Shown one piece after another: positions 39,992-54,530 of a stretch of 64,000 bases of DNA; the first letter of the stretch is position 1, and each line of letters opens with the position of its first letter. The notes under the pieces are model-generated. The model was not told where the DNA came from. It did no database searches and worked only from the letters and a program-made list of their open reading frames with translations. The translations under genes and the position numbers were made by a program. Source of the DNA: Octopus sinensis (taxonomy: Eukaryota); NCBI RefSeq assembly GCF_006345805.1, contig NC_042999.1, forward strand, positions 117,862,001 through 117,926,000, in the 5' to 3' direction.

Positions 39992-40749
39992 CAGGGTGTT
40001 CGGACTAACTTTGGTGAGTTTTTAATATCTCCTTTTCTTCAGAAACAGATTGATGTTTTGGTGAACAGTACATGGTGTTTGAGGGCCAAACGATTGAAGT
40101 TGCTGCTGAGAAAAAGTTAGCTGGCATGGAAGATTGGAAGCCATCTGAATATTGGAAAAGAGTTACCTGTATCACAATGCTTCGCACCGGTTATCAGAAC
40201 TCTAACCTCATGACTGCTGTTCAAAGCTCTGTGAGAACTGTAAAGTCTATAAGACAGTGTGAAAAGTTACTGGAAACTTTCCAATCCCTGGCTAGAAAGG
40301 ATTACTACGAGGTCATATCTGTGGAAGTAGGATCTGGAACCTTACCATACCTCCTGAAAGAGTTAAAAGTGGTTGTCGGAGAATTTTTACAATTTCACTA
40401 GCCCCCTAATTCTCACCTCCTAATTCCTACAATTATAATCCCATGGATTACTATGTGTGAAGAGCGGTTGAGAAAAATACAAACTGCTCTGCCTGCAACA
40501 CCAAGGGCGAGCTGTTGGACAGGATCAAGGATGTGTTCAAAGATCTCATGGACACTAACAAACACATGCGTCAGGTTCCAGAGCCATATTGACACCGTGG
40601 TGGAAGCTGAGCTACTTTCAGTAAACTATAATCTTCCTGCCGTCATCAATATGGTATTTTTTTTTATTTTTAAAATACTTTTATTTTTGGAAAGGATATG
40701 TTTTTTTTTCCGTATGTGCAAAGCTCCAAATTTAGCCTGATCACCCCTC
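39992..40749 (+). mobile_element. Internally deleted Tc1-like DNA transposon
   Basis: TA+CAGGGTGTTCGGACTAACTTTGG matches the right end CCAAATTTAGCCTGATCACCCC. Contains a PPNS....YNPMDYYV remnant of the WPPNSPDLNP motif. Confidence 0.7.
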
Positions 40750-40769
40750 TTTGTCTCTGTCTCAAAGTG

Positions 40770-41330
40770 ATGACCCAACACACCGTGGGTTACGAGGCCT
40801 TAAAAAAGCCAGCCTGATATAACTCAGAGAATGTCAGATTTTTCGTGTGACGTGATCTGCCTGATGCGGTTTTCAACAAGCGTCAAACGACGTGGCATCA
40901 ACTAAGCAGAGACCTTCGTCAAACCAAGTTTATTATGCAGAATATTTTCAACTCTCTAACTGGAGATGGTAATAGCATTGGATATTTGATTTATAGTCCA
41001 ACGCCTCTCATCCATTACCATGTGGTAAACATGATCAATGTTTCTTCGTTGGTGGCAGTTTCAGGATGTCCAGACATTGGATAATCTTCAAGAATCTCCC
41101 TTACTGTTCTAAACTCAGCTGCTTGCTTTTGCACTGTTCATAATATAATAACCGTGTAAGCATGAATGTCCTTGGAGGCTAAACCCTTTTTCTGCAGGTA
41201 CTTGATAACACCACGACGCAAAATTTTGTCGATCTTCAAGAGAAATTATTATTATTTACTTTTGAAGTCACCTTTGAACTGTCAGATGTCAGTTTAGCAG
41301 GAAAGAAACAGTGTAGTTATTAACAAGGTA
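40770..41330 (-). mobile_element. mariner N-terminal fragment
   Basis: Minus strand KIDKILRRGVIKYLQKKGLASKDIH and LEDYPMSGHPETAT. Confidence 0.7.
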
Positions 41331-41413
41331 GGTTGGAATTAATGCATGCAAGATTTCCAGCATGACTCCTTCATAGACAGTCTATGAACTTTGCAGTCCG
41401 CCTTTGCGCGCGC

Positions 41414-41414
<1 letters not shown>

Positions 41415-41448
<34 letters not shown>

Positions 41449-42457
41449 AGATATAGTAGACCCCTACATCACACCAAATAAAAAGAATTTTTATTTTTAT
41501 TTTAAATACCAACTGTTTTATTACTTGGCAACACGTGTTTCATGAGGTACATCCTCGGGTTTCTAAACCACTCCGTGTTTCCCTGGAACCCCTCTCAAGA
41601 TGCCACCCCAATCATCAGGCCCTTATATAATTTTATCAACGTTCAATACAACAAGCTATATTTTAATTTTCTAAAACCCTTTAGTATGTGTAAAATAGGT
41701 ATGTTTAAATTAGGTGTGTTAAATTAGTTTCGCTGGCCTCTACAGTACAAGCCATAATTCAGATAAAAATTCAAATAGAGATAAATAGTTACAGAAATAA
41801 AAGTTACACGAATAAAGTAAGGAATAACATAAAAAAAGTTCCCATTGGTGCAATGACAAGTGGGTGCATATATTGTAAAGCAAGGAAGTAGTCTGGAGAG
41901 ACACCTACACTACGCTGCACTGGTGGAAATGTTAAACTCCCTGCAATCCTCCAGCCTCAAGAGCCATTGAAGAAACTCTTGTCATCAATTGACCAAGATT
42001 CCAAGTACTTCCAAAACAAAATTAGACAATACAATGCTGCAATACTGATGATATCATTCGGATCCACAAGAGATTCAACTGAGCCATGATTCATGCAAAC
42101 TTTCAAACACCAAGATCAGATTTATCATCGGATTAGCTCTCTACTACCTCTATCAAATGAATCACTAAAATCGGACTTTCATTGTTTATAATCTGTAACT
42201 GTTTTTTTTTTGGTTACGAAATAATCTGCACAAAACGTGTTTTTGAATTACGTGTATTTACTTTATATACACATATGAGTCGAAAACTTTCTTTTAACAT
42301 TTCACTTAACGTCTATGTCCCATGTTGGCATAAGTTGGAGAGTTATAAATGTAGAAAGTTGGTATCTCAGCGACTAGCTGTTGAGAACTCGCAATCTAGA
42401 CGACGTTTTTAAATTTCATCATTCTCTTTTGCCCGGGCAATGCCAGGTATTTTTATG

Positions 42458-42461
<4 letters not shown>
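41415..42461 (+). mobile_element. Non-autonomous Helitron carrying a Rep N-terminal fragment
   Basis: 41830-42170 translates CIYCKARK*SGETP..C.GGNVKLP...IRQYNAA...QIYHRISSLLP. A 3' hairpin CCCGG/CCAGG (42432-42447) is followed by CTAA|T (CTRR). 5' boundary approximate. Confidence 0.8.
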
Positions 42462-42492
<31 letters not shown>

Positions 42493-42959
42493 TCATGCAT
42501 ACATACAAGCAGACAAACATTTATGTATGTAAAAGTATATATATGTATATATACATATGTATGTGAATTTCAATACAAGTGATTTGTTAATCACTGTTTT
42601 TCTTTTAATAATAGCTAAATTTGTCTGAGAATTCGGTTCCTTGTAGTTACTTCTATCGCCACTGCTAAATACTTCTCGTCTGCTATTGATATATTTCTCC
42701 GATTTTTAACTCTATATATCTATACGCGATGCTTTCTCAAGATAAACACCACAGTTTCCTGGAATTCGCCAGTATATCTGAGTTGAGTATGATATATACA
42801 GAATGCTAATTTGATCTAGTACTGCTTCCTTCTCAGGTGATATCTGTTAGGCGGTTGATGACGAATATATATTCTTCATATACTTGTCTCTGAATCTATT
42901 ATATCTAGGAGTCCCGTTGTTCTGAGTTGTACTTTATCCTCATAAGGTTGAATAACTTC

Positions 42960-44290
42960 CTGGCAGGTGCTGGGAAAGGCTTGCAAAGATGAAAAAGATT
43001 TCTTAGTAGTTCATGTTGATCTTATAGAGATCTTTGATGTAGTATGTCGTGAGGCATTATGGAAGGTCCTGATAAAGCTTGCGGTACCTGAACAAATGTT
43101 GAGTGTGATTATAGCATTGCAAGAAGACATGAAAACCTCTGTCATTTCAAATGGGTATCAAGCAGGCCATTTGGAATGACGAGTAATTCAAAACAAGGAC
43201 GTGTACCGTCACTAGTGTTATTTGAATTGCATTATTTTTTTCTTGCAGCCATGGTAAATCATGCCTTTGCTAATATTATAGAAGGTGCTTCTGGGGGATA
43301 TCGTACAACTAGAAGAATTTATAGTCAGCAAAGTTTTAAGGCTAAAACAAGAATATGCTTTCAGACTGTAAGAGACTCGCTACTTGCATATGACTGTTCA
43401 CTGCTTGTCCATCCTCTTGAAGACATTCAACTAATGCTAAAACAAATTTACTGTAGCTGCCAGATCTTTCGGCCTGATGATAAGCATAAAAAAAGACCAA
43501 ATTTTGACCTTCATCCATGTACCGGCAACAGTCCAGCGATTAAGTCTACAGTGTTTGTAGTCGGAAAAGCTCTAAAAACAATCAATTCTTTCACTTGACT
43601 TGGCTCTACTGTGACAAATGTTGTTAATCCTGACAAAGAAATTGAAATACGTATTAGCAACACAAGTTCACCTTTTGTCAGACTGTACCAGAGATTTTGG
43701 AATGACCGTGATGTCTCTATTAAAATCAAAATTGAAATCCATACAGCAGTCGTCATAACAGCTCTCTTGTATGGAGCAGAGACTTTGACCCTAGTGAAAA
43801 CATTAATCAATTAAACAACTTTCATATGAAATGCCTGGCACAAATATGCAAAATAAAATGTGGAATTGGATGATAGGGTTAGGGGCAGTGAATGATGATA
43901 GAATTCCAAAGCAAATCTATGTACGACTAACAAGCCACGACGTTAGACTGGTAGACCATTACTACAGTATAACTTAGGGATAATTTAAAGCACCTCAACA
44001 TCAAAAGCAATGGCTGTAAGGATAGTGCAAAATAAATAAAAAATGACTCACGAAGATAGTGCCACATAGGACTTTCAAAGGAAAAGAATCTTTCCCCATA
44101 ATCATTTGTATGAAAACATTTGTGACTTAATCGTCAGGTCAATTGCTGGCTTAACTAGGTATTTCCGTGCTCATTCCTTTCAAAATAATGTAAGTCCAAC
44201 AAGTGCAACTTGTAGCCGACTGTGTAAAACACACTTAGTTCAGAAACACATATGCTTAGTTATCAAACTGAATAAAGTTCTTTGTAGATA
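42960..44290 (+). mobile_element. RTE-BovB-like LINE RT relic
   Basis: VHVDLIEIFDVVCREALWKVLIKL, KQGRVPSLVLF, LLAYDCSLLVHPLEDIQ, FTxLGSTV and TALLYGAET; many frameshifts. Confidence 0.75.
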
Positions 44291-45761
44291 TTGAAATTGT
44301 AAATAATGAAAATAAATTAACTATATTATAGGATTATCTGTGGATAGTGTGTCATTCTTGTGTTTGTAGCTTCTGACTTTCCAGTTCAAAGAGACCTTTG
44401 TCTGATAGGAGACCCATCACGTTTGTTGATATGTATATAAGCGTATTTGTGTGCTTATTTTGAAAGCAGTTGCTGAAATATTTTGTGTTAGGGCAATCTG
44501 CCTAATCCTTAACTCTAAACATTTTAGTAGAATCCATTCCGTTGTAAGCAGTCGGACCAGATCTTCAGTTTAGGGATATACAAATCTGTCAAATCAATCA
44601 CACGACCGTCCTTCTCGACTAAAAGATGAAATGGCGAAACAAGAATGAATCATAAGAACAAAAAAAATATTGTGGATTTGTTTTGGAATAGTTGTTTCTT
44701 ATGATACGATTTATTTATTTTAATATATTTTTGATACTCTGGTGTTCCAAACTATTAAGTTTCTTTCGATTTAGGGGCATAAAAGTGCGACATCGGAAAT
44801 GAAACCAACAATACTGGGGAAATGTAAAGAAATATTTTTGCTTCCTGAATGAGCGAAACAAATGAATAAATAAATATCTAAAAGCAGTTTATTATTATAA
44901 ATAAGATTATGACTTTAGATACTTCTTTTCATTTCTCAGCAGCCCAGTTTAGTCATATTATTAAGGTAGCATCGTAAAAACTAAAATCTTTTCTTATTTC
45001 AACCAAACTTGATACAAGTCAGAGTGATTTCAGATTGGCAAGTCATTTCTAAAAGGAAACACATTTTATTTGAAAGATTTTGGAGATGAGATGTAAAATG
45101 ACTGTCTAGATAATATGCAAAAATCGAAAGATACACACACACACACATATGCATATATGTATATATGTGTATGCACACTTGTAAACATATATGTAATATA
45201 TAAAATAAGTATATATATATTTATATTCACGTATCTTTTTAATATATGTGTGCGTAAGTGTGTGAGTCTGTGTTAAGACATTACTATTGTCCGCGCGTGC
45301 AGTTGAAAGATAAAATTAAAATTAAAAACCCAGAACATGATAGAGAATAAAAAGCAAAATAAAAACAAAACAATGCAACGTAGTTCTTTCATTGCAGAAT
45401 GCTATCGGGCAGAACAATCAGTAACCTTTTGCCAATGAAATACACGATTATAAATATGTTTTTCGTGACAAAATTAATGTCGAACAGCAAAATCTTTATT
45501 TAACGCTGTTTATAATGCCTTTCCGTTTCCAAATTTTCAATTGTACGCATATATGGTATATAATAAGGAAATATAAATATCAAATAATATGTCTGGACAG
45601 TTTTCAATATTCCAATTCAGTGATTAATAGCTTAGGCTACATATGAATCTCAAGCAAAGTAACGAAAATAGGCAATGAAATTTTTAATTATATATATAGG
45701 TTCTGATTGTATGCCTTTGAATAGATATATGACTGTGTGTCTGAATATATTTCCATAAATA

Positions 45762-45764
<3 letters not shown>

Positions 45765-45852
<88 letters not shown>

Positions 45853-45905
45853 GGGAGAGTTTACGAATAAAACAAAAGACGAAGACAGGTGGTGTACAAA
45901 AAAAC

Positions 45906-45962
<57 letters not shown>

Positions 45963-46165
45963 CATACATATATACATACACACACATAAATATATACATA
46001 TGTATAGACATACGTATACGCACATATATATTAATATAAAAACGCACACATATGTATAAATATATTATATATATGTATATATATATGTATACGTATATGT
46101 ATATATATATATACATGTATGTATGTATATATATATATATATAATATATATATATATATATAGTT
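45765..46165. repeat. (TA)n-rich microsatellite cluster
   Basis: Visible repeats. Confidence 0.9.
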
Positions 46166-46224
46166 ATACAATGGGATTCTTAACCACACAGCTATTAACG
46201 CACCCATCGGGATATATAGATAGA

Positions 46225-49200
46225 CAAGCAGTATAACCCGGCCTTGCCCGGGATTAAGTTACGATTATTAAGTTAATCAAGTTCTTTATTTCAAACCAAA
46301 CTAAGTAATATAGACGTCCAACTTGGGCGATATCCGTTGAAATTAGTTATATATATTATATATATTATATATATATGATATAATATAAATATATATGGGC
46401 AACAGACACGAACACACATACACACATGTACGCATACATGTTCATAAACAGAAATGAATGGAAAAAATGTTTTTAAATTTGTAGATTAAAACTCGCACGA
46501 TTTTCACTAAAGTATATATACAATGATTATAGAATATAGTGTCTTTCAAGAACAAAAAAGCAAAACATTTTAATTTAATTTTTTATGAACGTCATAACTT
46601 ACTCTCTCTCTCTCTCTCTCCCTCTCACTTTGTCTTTCCCATGAAACTCTCTGCCTCCTTCTTCCACTTTTCTTTATCTTATTTTTTTGTTAGACACTGG
46701 CAAAAAAGCTAAGGCTGTTTATGAACGTTGTCATTTAATCTCTGTCTCTCCCTCTTTCACTTTGTCTTTCCCGTGAATCTCTCTACCTCCTTCCACTTTT
46801 CTTTATCTTATTTTTTTTGTTAGACGCTGGCAAGAACGTTGTCATTTAATCTCCGTCTCTCCCTCTCTCACTTTGTCTTTCCCGTGAATCTCTCTACCTC
46901 CTTCCACTTTTCTTTATCTTATTTTTTTGTTAGACGCTGGCAAGAACGTGGTCATTTATTCTCTGTCTCTCCCTCTCTCACTTTGTCTTTCCCGTGAATC
47001 TCTCTACCTCCTTCTTCCACTTTTCTTTATCTTATTTTTTGTTAGACGCTGGCAAAAACGTTGTCATTTAATCTCTGTCTCTCCTCTCTAACTTTGTCTT
47101 TCCCGTGAATCTCTACCTCCTTCTTCCACTTTTCTTTATCCTATTTTTTTGTTAGACACTGGCAAGAACGTTGTCATTTAATCTCTGTCTCTCCCTCTCT
47201 CACTTTGTCTTTCCCGTGAATCTCTCTACCTCCTTCTTCCACTTTTCTTTATCTTATTTTTTTTTTTGTTAGACGCTGGCAAAAACGTTGTCATTTAATC
47301 TCTGCCTCTCCCTCTCTAACTTTGTCTTTCCCGTGAATCTCTCTACCTCCTTCTTCCACTTTTCTTTATCCTATTTTTTTGTTAGACACTGGCAAGAACG
47401 TTGTCATTTAATCTCTGTCTCTCCCTCTCTCACTTTGTCTTTCCCGTAAATCTCTCTGCTTCCTCCATCCACTTTTCTTTATCTTATTTTTATGTTAGAC
47501 GCTGGCAAGAACGTTGCCATTTAATCTCTGTCTCTCCCTCTCTCACTTTGTCTTTCCCGTGAATCTCTCTACCTCCTTCTTCCACTTTTCTTTATCTTAT
47601 TTTTTTGTTAGACGCTGGCAAGAACGTTGTCATTTAATCTCTGTCTCTCCCTCTCTCACTTTGTCTTTCCCGTAAATCTCTCTGCCTCCTTCTTCCACTT
47701 TTCTTTATCTTATTTTTTTGTTAGACGCTGGCAAGAACGTTGTCATTTAATCTCTGTCTCTCCCTCTCTCACTTTGTCTTTCCCGTGAATCTCTCTGCCT
47801 CCTTCTTCCACTTTTCTTTATCTTATTTTTGTTTGTTAGACGCTGGCAAAAACGTTGTCATTTAATCTCTGTCTCTCCCTCTCTCACTTTGTCTTTCCCG
47901 TGAATCTCTCTACCTCCTTCTTCCACTTTTCTTTATCTTATTTTTTTGTTAGACGCTGGCAAGAACGTTGTCATTTAATCTCTGTCTCTCCCTCTCTCAC
48001 TTTGTCTTTCCCGTGAATCTCTCTGCCTCCTCCTTCCACTTTTCTTTATCTTATTTTTTTGTTAGACACTGGCAAGAACGTTGTCATTTAATCTCTGTCT
48101 CTCCCTCTCTCACTTTGTCTTTCCCGTGAATCTCTCTACCTCCTTCTTTCACTTTTCTTTATCTTATTTTTTTGTTAGACACTGGCAAGAACGTTGTCAT
48201 TTAATCTCTGTCTCTCCCTCTCTCACTTTGTCTTTCCCGTGAATCTCTCTACCTCCTTCTTCCACTTTTCTTTATCTTATTTTTTTGTTAGACACTGGCA
48301 AGAACGTTGTCATTTAATCTCTGTCTCTCCCTCTCTCACTTTGTCTTTCCCGTGAATCTCTCTACCTCCTTCTTCCACTTTTCTTTATCTTATTTTTTTG
48401 TTAGACACTGGCAAGAACGTTGTCATTTAATCTCTGTCTCTCCCTCTCTCACTTTGTCTTTCCCGTGAATCTCTCTACCTCCTTCTTCCACTTTTCTTTA
48501 TCTTATTTTTTTGTTAGACACTGGCAAGAACGTTGTCATTTAATCTCTGTCTCTCCCTCTCTCACTTTGTCTTTCCCGTGAATCTCTCTACCTCCTTCTT
48601 CCACTTTTCTTTATCTTATTTTTTTGTTAGACGCTGGCAAGAAGTTGTCATTTAATCTCTGTCTCTCCCTCTCTCACTTTGTCTTTCCCTTGAAACTCTC
48701 TGCCTCCTTCTTCCACTTTTCTTTATCGTATTTTTTTTTGTTAGACACTGGTAAGAACGTTGTCATTTAATCTCTGTCTCTCCCTCTCTCACTTTGTCTT
48801 TCCCGTGAATCTCTCTACCTCCTTCTTCCACATTATGGTTTTTTTTTGTTAGATACTGGCAAGAACGTTGCCATTTAATCTCTGTCTCTCCCTCTCTCAC
48901 TTTGTCTTTCCCGTGAAACTCTCTGCCTCCTTCTTCCACTTTTCTTTATCTTATTTTTTGTTAGACGCCATAAAAAAACCAGGGCTGATATTTTTCGTGT
49001 CTAAAAGCTATATCTGAAAATAGATATTTATGCTACCCACGGGTGCCTCGGGGACAAACATAAGTTGACAAAACCCAGAGAGTGTGTTGACAAACGTCCT
49101 CCTAAAATTGGAGCGACATGCGGTCTAATTTGTGGACGTGCATTAATTACAATCACGTACACACACACACGCACACACATCCTCCCTTTTATAGATATGA
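46225..49200 (-). mobile_element. Putative non-autonomous Helitron with an internal tandem array
   Basis: The minus-strand 5' end is A|TCATATCTATAAAAGGGAGG followed by (GT)n (49200). The 3' end has a CCCGG/CCGGG hairpin (46237-46252) and CTTG|T (46225), homologous to the 42432-42461 terminus. Confidence 0.6.
46588..48968. repeat. Tandem array, 113-bp unit, about 21 copies, pyrimidine-rich on the + strand
   Basis: Unit AACGTTGTCATTTAATCTCTGTCTCTCCCTCTCTCACTTTGTCTTTCCCGTGAATCTCTCTACCTCCTTCTTCCACTTTTCTTTATCTTATTTTTTTGTTAGACACTGGCAAG. Period checked at 48077 to 48190. Confidence 0.97.
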
Positions 49201-49649
49201 TAGTTAAGGGGAAATGTGTATTTTGGTATAGTCTGTTTCAAGTATTTAGTCAATGCCATGATCAACTACTAACCTTTATGTGTTGAAGGGGTAGCTTCCA
49301 TGGCCACTACACCGGCCACTCAAAAATTGTGAGATTGATGCTTCATAAGTTACCTTGAAAGTCATTAGGTCAAACTTTGTCGCAAAAGCGCGCGTGCGAG
49401 TATGCGCTTATGTTTCGTATATGTGTGGAGAGAGAGAGAGAGAGAGATCTGTAAGGTGCCATCTTTCTGGAAAAAAGAAAATTTTTTTGCACATAATATA
49501 AAAAACAGAGCAGACTTTCTTGCACATAATATATTTTTTGCTATTTTCTGCGTTGTAAGTGTGGTGTTAGGAAAAGTAAGGATTTTCAAAAACTATGGCT
49601 TCTTAATGGTAGCACAGTCATCAATGATTTCACATTGATTAGTTGCAGT

Positions 49650-50203
49650 TGTTAAAGATGTTTTAAACATATTTTATGATTGAAATGCTATAAAACGTTT
49701 ACCTTAAATTGTTATTTTGGATTTTGTTGTTAAATCTATCCAGAACAAGTTATTTTTTTCTTTTATAATAGCTGATCTAGTTTTAGTGGAGGGGTTAATG
49801 CTTCATGTTTCAGGTTAATGAATTGTTTAAGAATTTCACTTTATGGTTTTTGAGAGGGATGCACTGTCTTTTTAAAGCGAGCATACTTTACCTTCGATGT
49901 TTGGATTGGCGGTGATATTTTCTCCTTCACTGCTGATGCAATACAGGATATTATTACGCTTTTTGTTCCCCCGAAAGTGTTGTTTAATAAAATGCTTTAA
50001 GATCTAAAACATTTTTCATATATATTTCTGATCATATCAATATTGATTAAAATGGTTAAATCTTGAATAATTTTCACACGATCTGCTAGTTTTTGATGGA
50101 ACAAGTTTTATTCTATTTTGATGTTTTAAATTTAGTGTATTTGACTATTATATATGTGTGTGTGTATTTACATGTACATACATAGTTACACTTATACATA
50201 TAG

Positions 50204-50264
<61 letters not shown>

Positions 50265-50720
50265 CATACAGCAGAAACTTTCACGTTTCAAATAAGAAAT
50301 GCATACAGCTATGAGTTATATCGCATTCGTTTCGAAGAAAAAGCCTTCCAGCGAACCATTTAGGCAAAAAATTCTATGTATGAGACCGTTAATAGAAGTT
50401 TTTCTGTGTGAGTATACCAGAGGTTTTCTTGAATATTCTATAAGGTAATTACTGAATTTTCAGCTGATACGCTTATTTTCAAGTCAAATGTTTTTTTCCC
50501 AGTATTTTACCCGAAGACAATGTACCGTATATCATTGCTATCGCATAAGTTTTTGCACCGCAATTGTAATTTACTATGTTATCAAATTTTTTTTGAAATG
50601 AAGTATGCATAGAAACAAATTTTGACCTGCTAATTTCTTTACTAACACAGTTGCAGCATCTCCTTGCTATAATTTTGCGCCTACACATTATTGGTCTACA
50701 TATGTAAAATCAAATATTTG
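49650..50720 (-). mobile_element. Possible decayed Penelope-like element (RT and GIY-YIG remnants)
   Basis: Minus strand NNILYCISSEGEN and RFKKTVHPSQ remnants (~49900), and a GAKTYAIAM remnant (~50550). Weak. Confidence 0.4.
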
Positions 50721-51879
50721 CCATTTAGTTTCGAGTACAAGTTTAATACGAGTGACTACATACCACAGTACCACCCCACTATAAGGGAGTAACTGATGCG
50801 TCATCTCTTAACGTAGCTATTAACCCAACCATTAGTGAGTGGCTTCGTTCAAACTCAGTTTGTGATGTACCAGTTGTGACGTAGGTATGAAAAGAGAACA
50901 TGGATGCCATTTACGACATCTTTAACGGTAGAATTTTATAATCCAACGTCTTGAGCTAAAATTTTAACCAGCTAAGATTTCAAACAGGTTAAAATTCATA
51001 CATCAACCCGGACAAAATCATCGTCGTTGGATTAGTGGCACTGAAAACAAATAATGTGCAAATATATAGGAAACTTAGGTGTGGCCTGAACGGACATGCG
51101 AAAGTTCAAACGGTTATATTATCTAAATTCACACATGTAAATTAGTTTATTGTTAATATTGGCATTAAGAACATATATGCTGTAGCCTTGACATTAAAGG
51201 ACATCAGTACTAAGCAGATTTTTTTTCAGTTAAACGAGACAATAGAAGACAAAATCTCTGGGCAAAAAAGGCCATAACACTTTTATCAACTTGTCCTATT
51301 CTGTTCAATTTAAGTACAGGAGGTACACACGTATTACATACACATTCCTAGACACATAATTACATATATTTACGAAACCACATATACATATATATACATA
51401 CATACATATGTATAAACACACATATATATGTATGCACACATACACACACACACATATATATATATACATATAAACTTATTCACACACGATACATGCATAT
51501 GTATACTTACAAATATATACAGATAAATATACGCACACGCACGTAGATATATTCCAAATATATGTGTACACGCATCTACAAATATATATGCACATACATA
51601 TAAATATACACCCATATACATATATATGTATACTTACATAAAATATATAAGATCCACTACTCTTATCTATTTGGAACATGGTATAATTATTTCTCAATGC
51701 TTGTTCCTGAGCGTTGCATATATTTCTTAGTGCATCCTTTCAAATCACTCTTCCTTAGTCACCTTCAGGTGTTGGTCTTGTCTTTTCCTTCCATTTTCCT
51801 GAGGTATTGCGCATGCATCATTTTCATTTTCCATTCAAATGTTTTTGGGTGTGTCACAATTTCAACAATACCAATTAAA

Positions 51880-54530
51880 GATTCAATTCACTGTTTGACG
51901 TACCGTTGACAATAAAGATTTTGCATCCCATGAGACCTCTTCCTCCCTTGTTTCTAGCCACATACATTCTCGCGATATCGCTTTTAGGGCGCAGTTCTTG
52001 TTCATTGTCGTCATTTTTTCTGACTTTTCCAGTCATTTTTTCTGACTTTGTCCACCTAACAACACTTGTGCTGTTTCCCATTAAGGACACAGACAATATA
52101 TTCCTTGCCCTGATATTGTTCTTTGTATTGAGTCTACCCTCCATAATTAACTTGGTTATCCTGGGGGATTCTTGCCTGAAGCTTTCCTTGATCTCATTCT
52201 CCTTGATTTTATCATACTCCAAAATATCCATATACATATATCGGTCCACCTCAACATTCCTGATTCTCTCACCATTGAGTAGTTCTACACCGTTAGATGA
52301 CATTACTTTGCCTTTTCTTTATAATATGCATACCACACATTTTCATACCAAATTCCATCTCGATATCTTTACAGAATATCTGCAATGTTGAAACCAGACC
52401 CTTTATTTCACACTCATTCTTACCGAAGACCTTTAATACAACAGGTGATACACCTTTTCTCCACTTTTCAAGGTGTCCTCCGATGTTACTTACCGTAATA
52501 TTTGCGTGAAAGGTATCATACAAATCACAAACAAAAATGGCGACAGACTGTCTCCTTGAAATATGCCTCATCTGATGTTAACCTTCGCCAAAAATTCTCC
52601 ATGTAATGTTAACTCTGTATTCCAATTCTTCGTTGATCTCCTGATAATATTCAAAATGTTATCAGACACATGTACTTACTCAAGACTTTCAAACATCCAA
52701 GAATGAGGGACCATGTTATAAGCTTTCTTATAATCGATTCACACCATATTCAGAATAGTATACCTTCTTTTCGGTCGTTCAGCACCATTCTGTCTATCAG
52801 AAGTTGATCTTTTATCCTTCGACTTTTTATCCTGCCTCACTTCTCTTCTATTCGCAGCTTGTCATTCATTTCTAGGAAATTGTACGTAAAGTTAGAGATT
52901 ACACCAGTCATCAACTTCTGCATCGACGTTAGGCAGGAGATTGGCTGGTAAATATCCACTACATTATCTTTACCAGGGCCCTTTTGGAGAAGAACTATTT
53001 TGTCTGTGGTCATCTACTTCGGGTTTTCCACGCCATTGTTGACCATCTCATCGATTTGCAGCTATTCCTTCGTGTAATGCAGGATAATTTTTTAGCCAGT
53101 ATCCTTGTATCTCATCCGGACCTGGAGATTTTCAGCTTGGAACTTTCGTTTTCTGCTCGGTCACTATTTCACTTGTTATCCTTATATTGTTCTGTTTCCA
53201 TTCATATTTCTCCAATCTGAATTCCTTTAATCGTTGAGCATCTTTTTTATGACTCCTATTGTTATTCCAGATGTTACTCCAAAACCTCTTACATTTTTAC
53301 ATTCTTCAGCATCCAGATTTCTCATTGCTATTAACCTTTCCGTTCAGCTGCAGCTAAACCCATTTCTGATCTTGTTGGAACAATTTATTGATCTGAAGCG
53401 TTCAATTCTTTGATTGCATCTCTTAATTTTTGTAGCTTTAGCCTGCAGTCTTTGTTTCAGCTCTTCAAGAATGCATTTAACTCCTTTTTTCATGATCCAA
53501 TATCTACGTTCTAGTTCCTGTTATTTATCCTTCTTTTTGATTTCACCTTGTTTCTTTCTTTCCAGGGTGCTGATGTGCTTCCATAGTTCGTTCATTGATT
53601 GTTTCATTCTTCTTTTCCACCAAGGCACTTTCGCTGCATTTCTTCTTTTACAGTTGCTTCAAGACTTACTTTCCTGCCTATGTAAATGATACAAGCTTTA
53701 ATGAATATATTCATTCTAGTTATATTAACCGTTTTAATTACTTTCAGGAATTTATTCATCTTCTAAGCCCACTCACCGAGTTTATCCACTTTCTTGAATC
53801 CATTTAATTCCATGTTCAGACCTTTTCTGAATGATACCAGTGATGTCTTCGATAATTCCTCTGTCATCGCTCAGTCTCTCTACATTCTCAAAATTTAAGC
53901 CAGCATTGTTCTCCTGAACAACTTCATTCAATACAACCTCGTTCATATACACTGTAGCGACTTCATCTTCACTCATTGTGTTTTCAATCGTCATCCTCTT
54001 TTTAATCTCATCAAGCTTTAATGCGGTTAACCATCCGTTCGTCCATATTATCCTTGCATAGTTGCACAGTCTCTGTTCCATAATATCTAAGCCCTGAGTT
54101 TCTATCCAGATGACACGCCTTCTCTTTCTATATCCTCTTATGGGCTTCCTTCGCCATCAACTGTTTGCTCAAAAAATATTCCGTGACAGCTACATTCACC
54201 GACCTAGACTATTTTTTTCTAGATGTCATATAGTGACAAACAAATCTGTGCTGCTCACTCACAGGACTTGCCGGGTGAGTGACCGTCGCCTGAAGTTCCG
54301 TCCTCATTTAGACCGTTGTTTTGTACTAATTCTTTTATCCTTTACTCTCATCTGGAGAAAAGTGGTGATAAAGTGTCACGGCCACCATTATATTTTTATC
54401 GAGATACCATCTCTAGAGTGTTTGTCTCAAAATACCATTGTCCCTCTACCAGTAAATGAGCTACCCTGCGTGGGACACCAACCCAGTACTCCGCGTTGAG
54501 GTCAAAAGTTACATACATCTAATGTCATGA
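51880..54530 (-). mobile_element. Second R4/Dong-type LINE relic: 5' region and RT, no RLE domain
   Basis: Minus strand KPIRGYRKR...WIE...EQRLCNYARII (N-terminus), IDYKKAYNMVPHSW, GIFQGDSLSP, MEFGMKMCG and RPKSDIARMYVARNKGGRGL. Confidence 0.85.

Noticed and set aside
46588-48968. CRISPR-like appearance of the regular array
   Set aside because: Whole 113-bp units are near-identical with no unique spacers, there are no cas genes and the context is eukaryotic.
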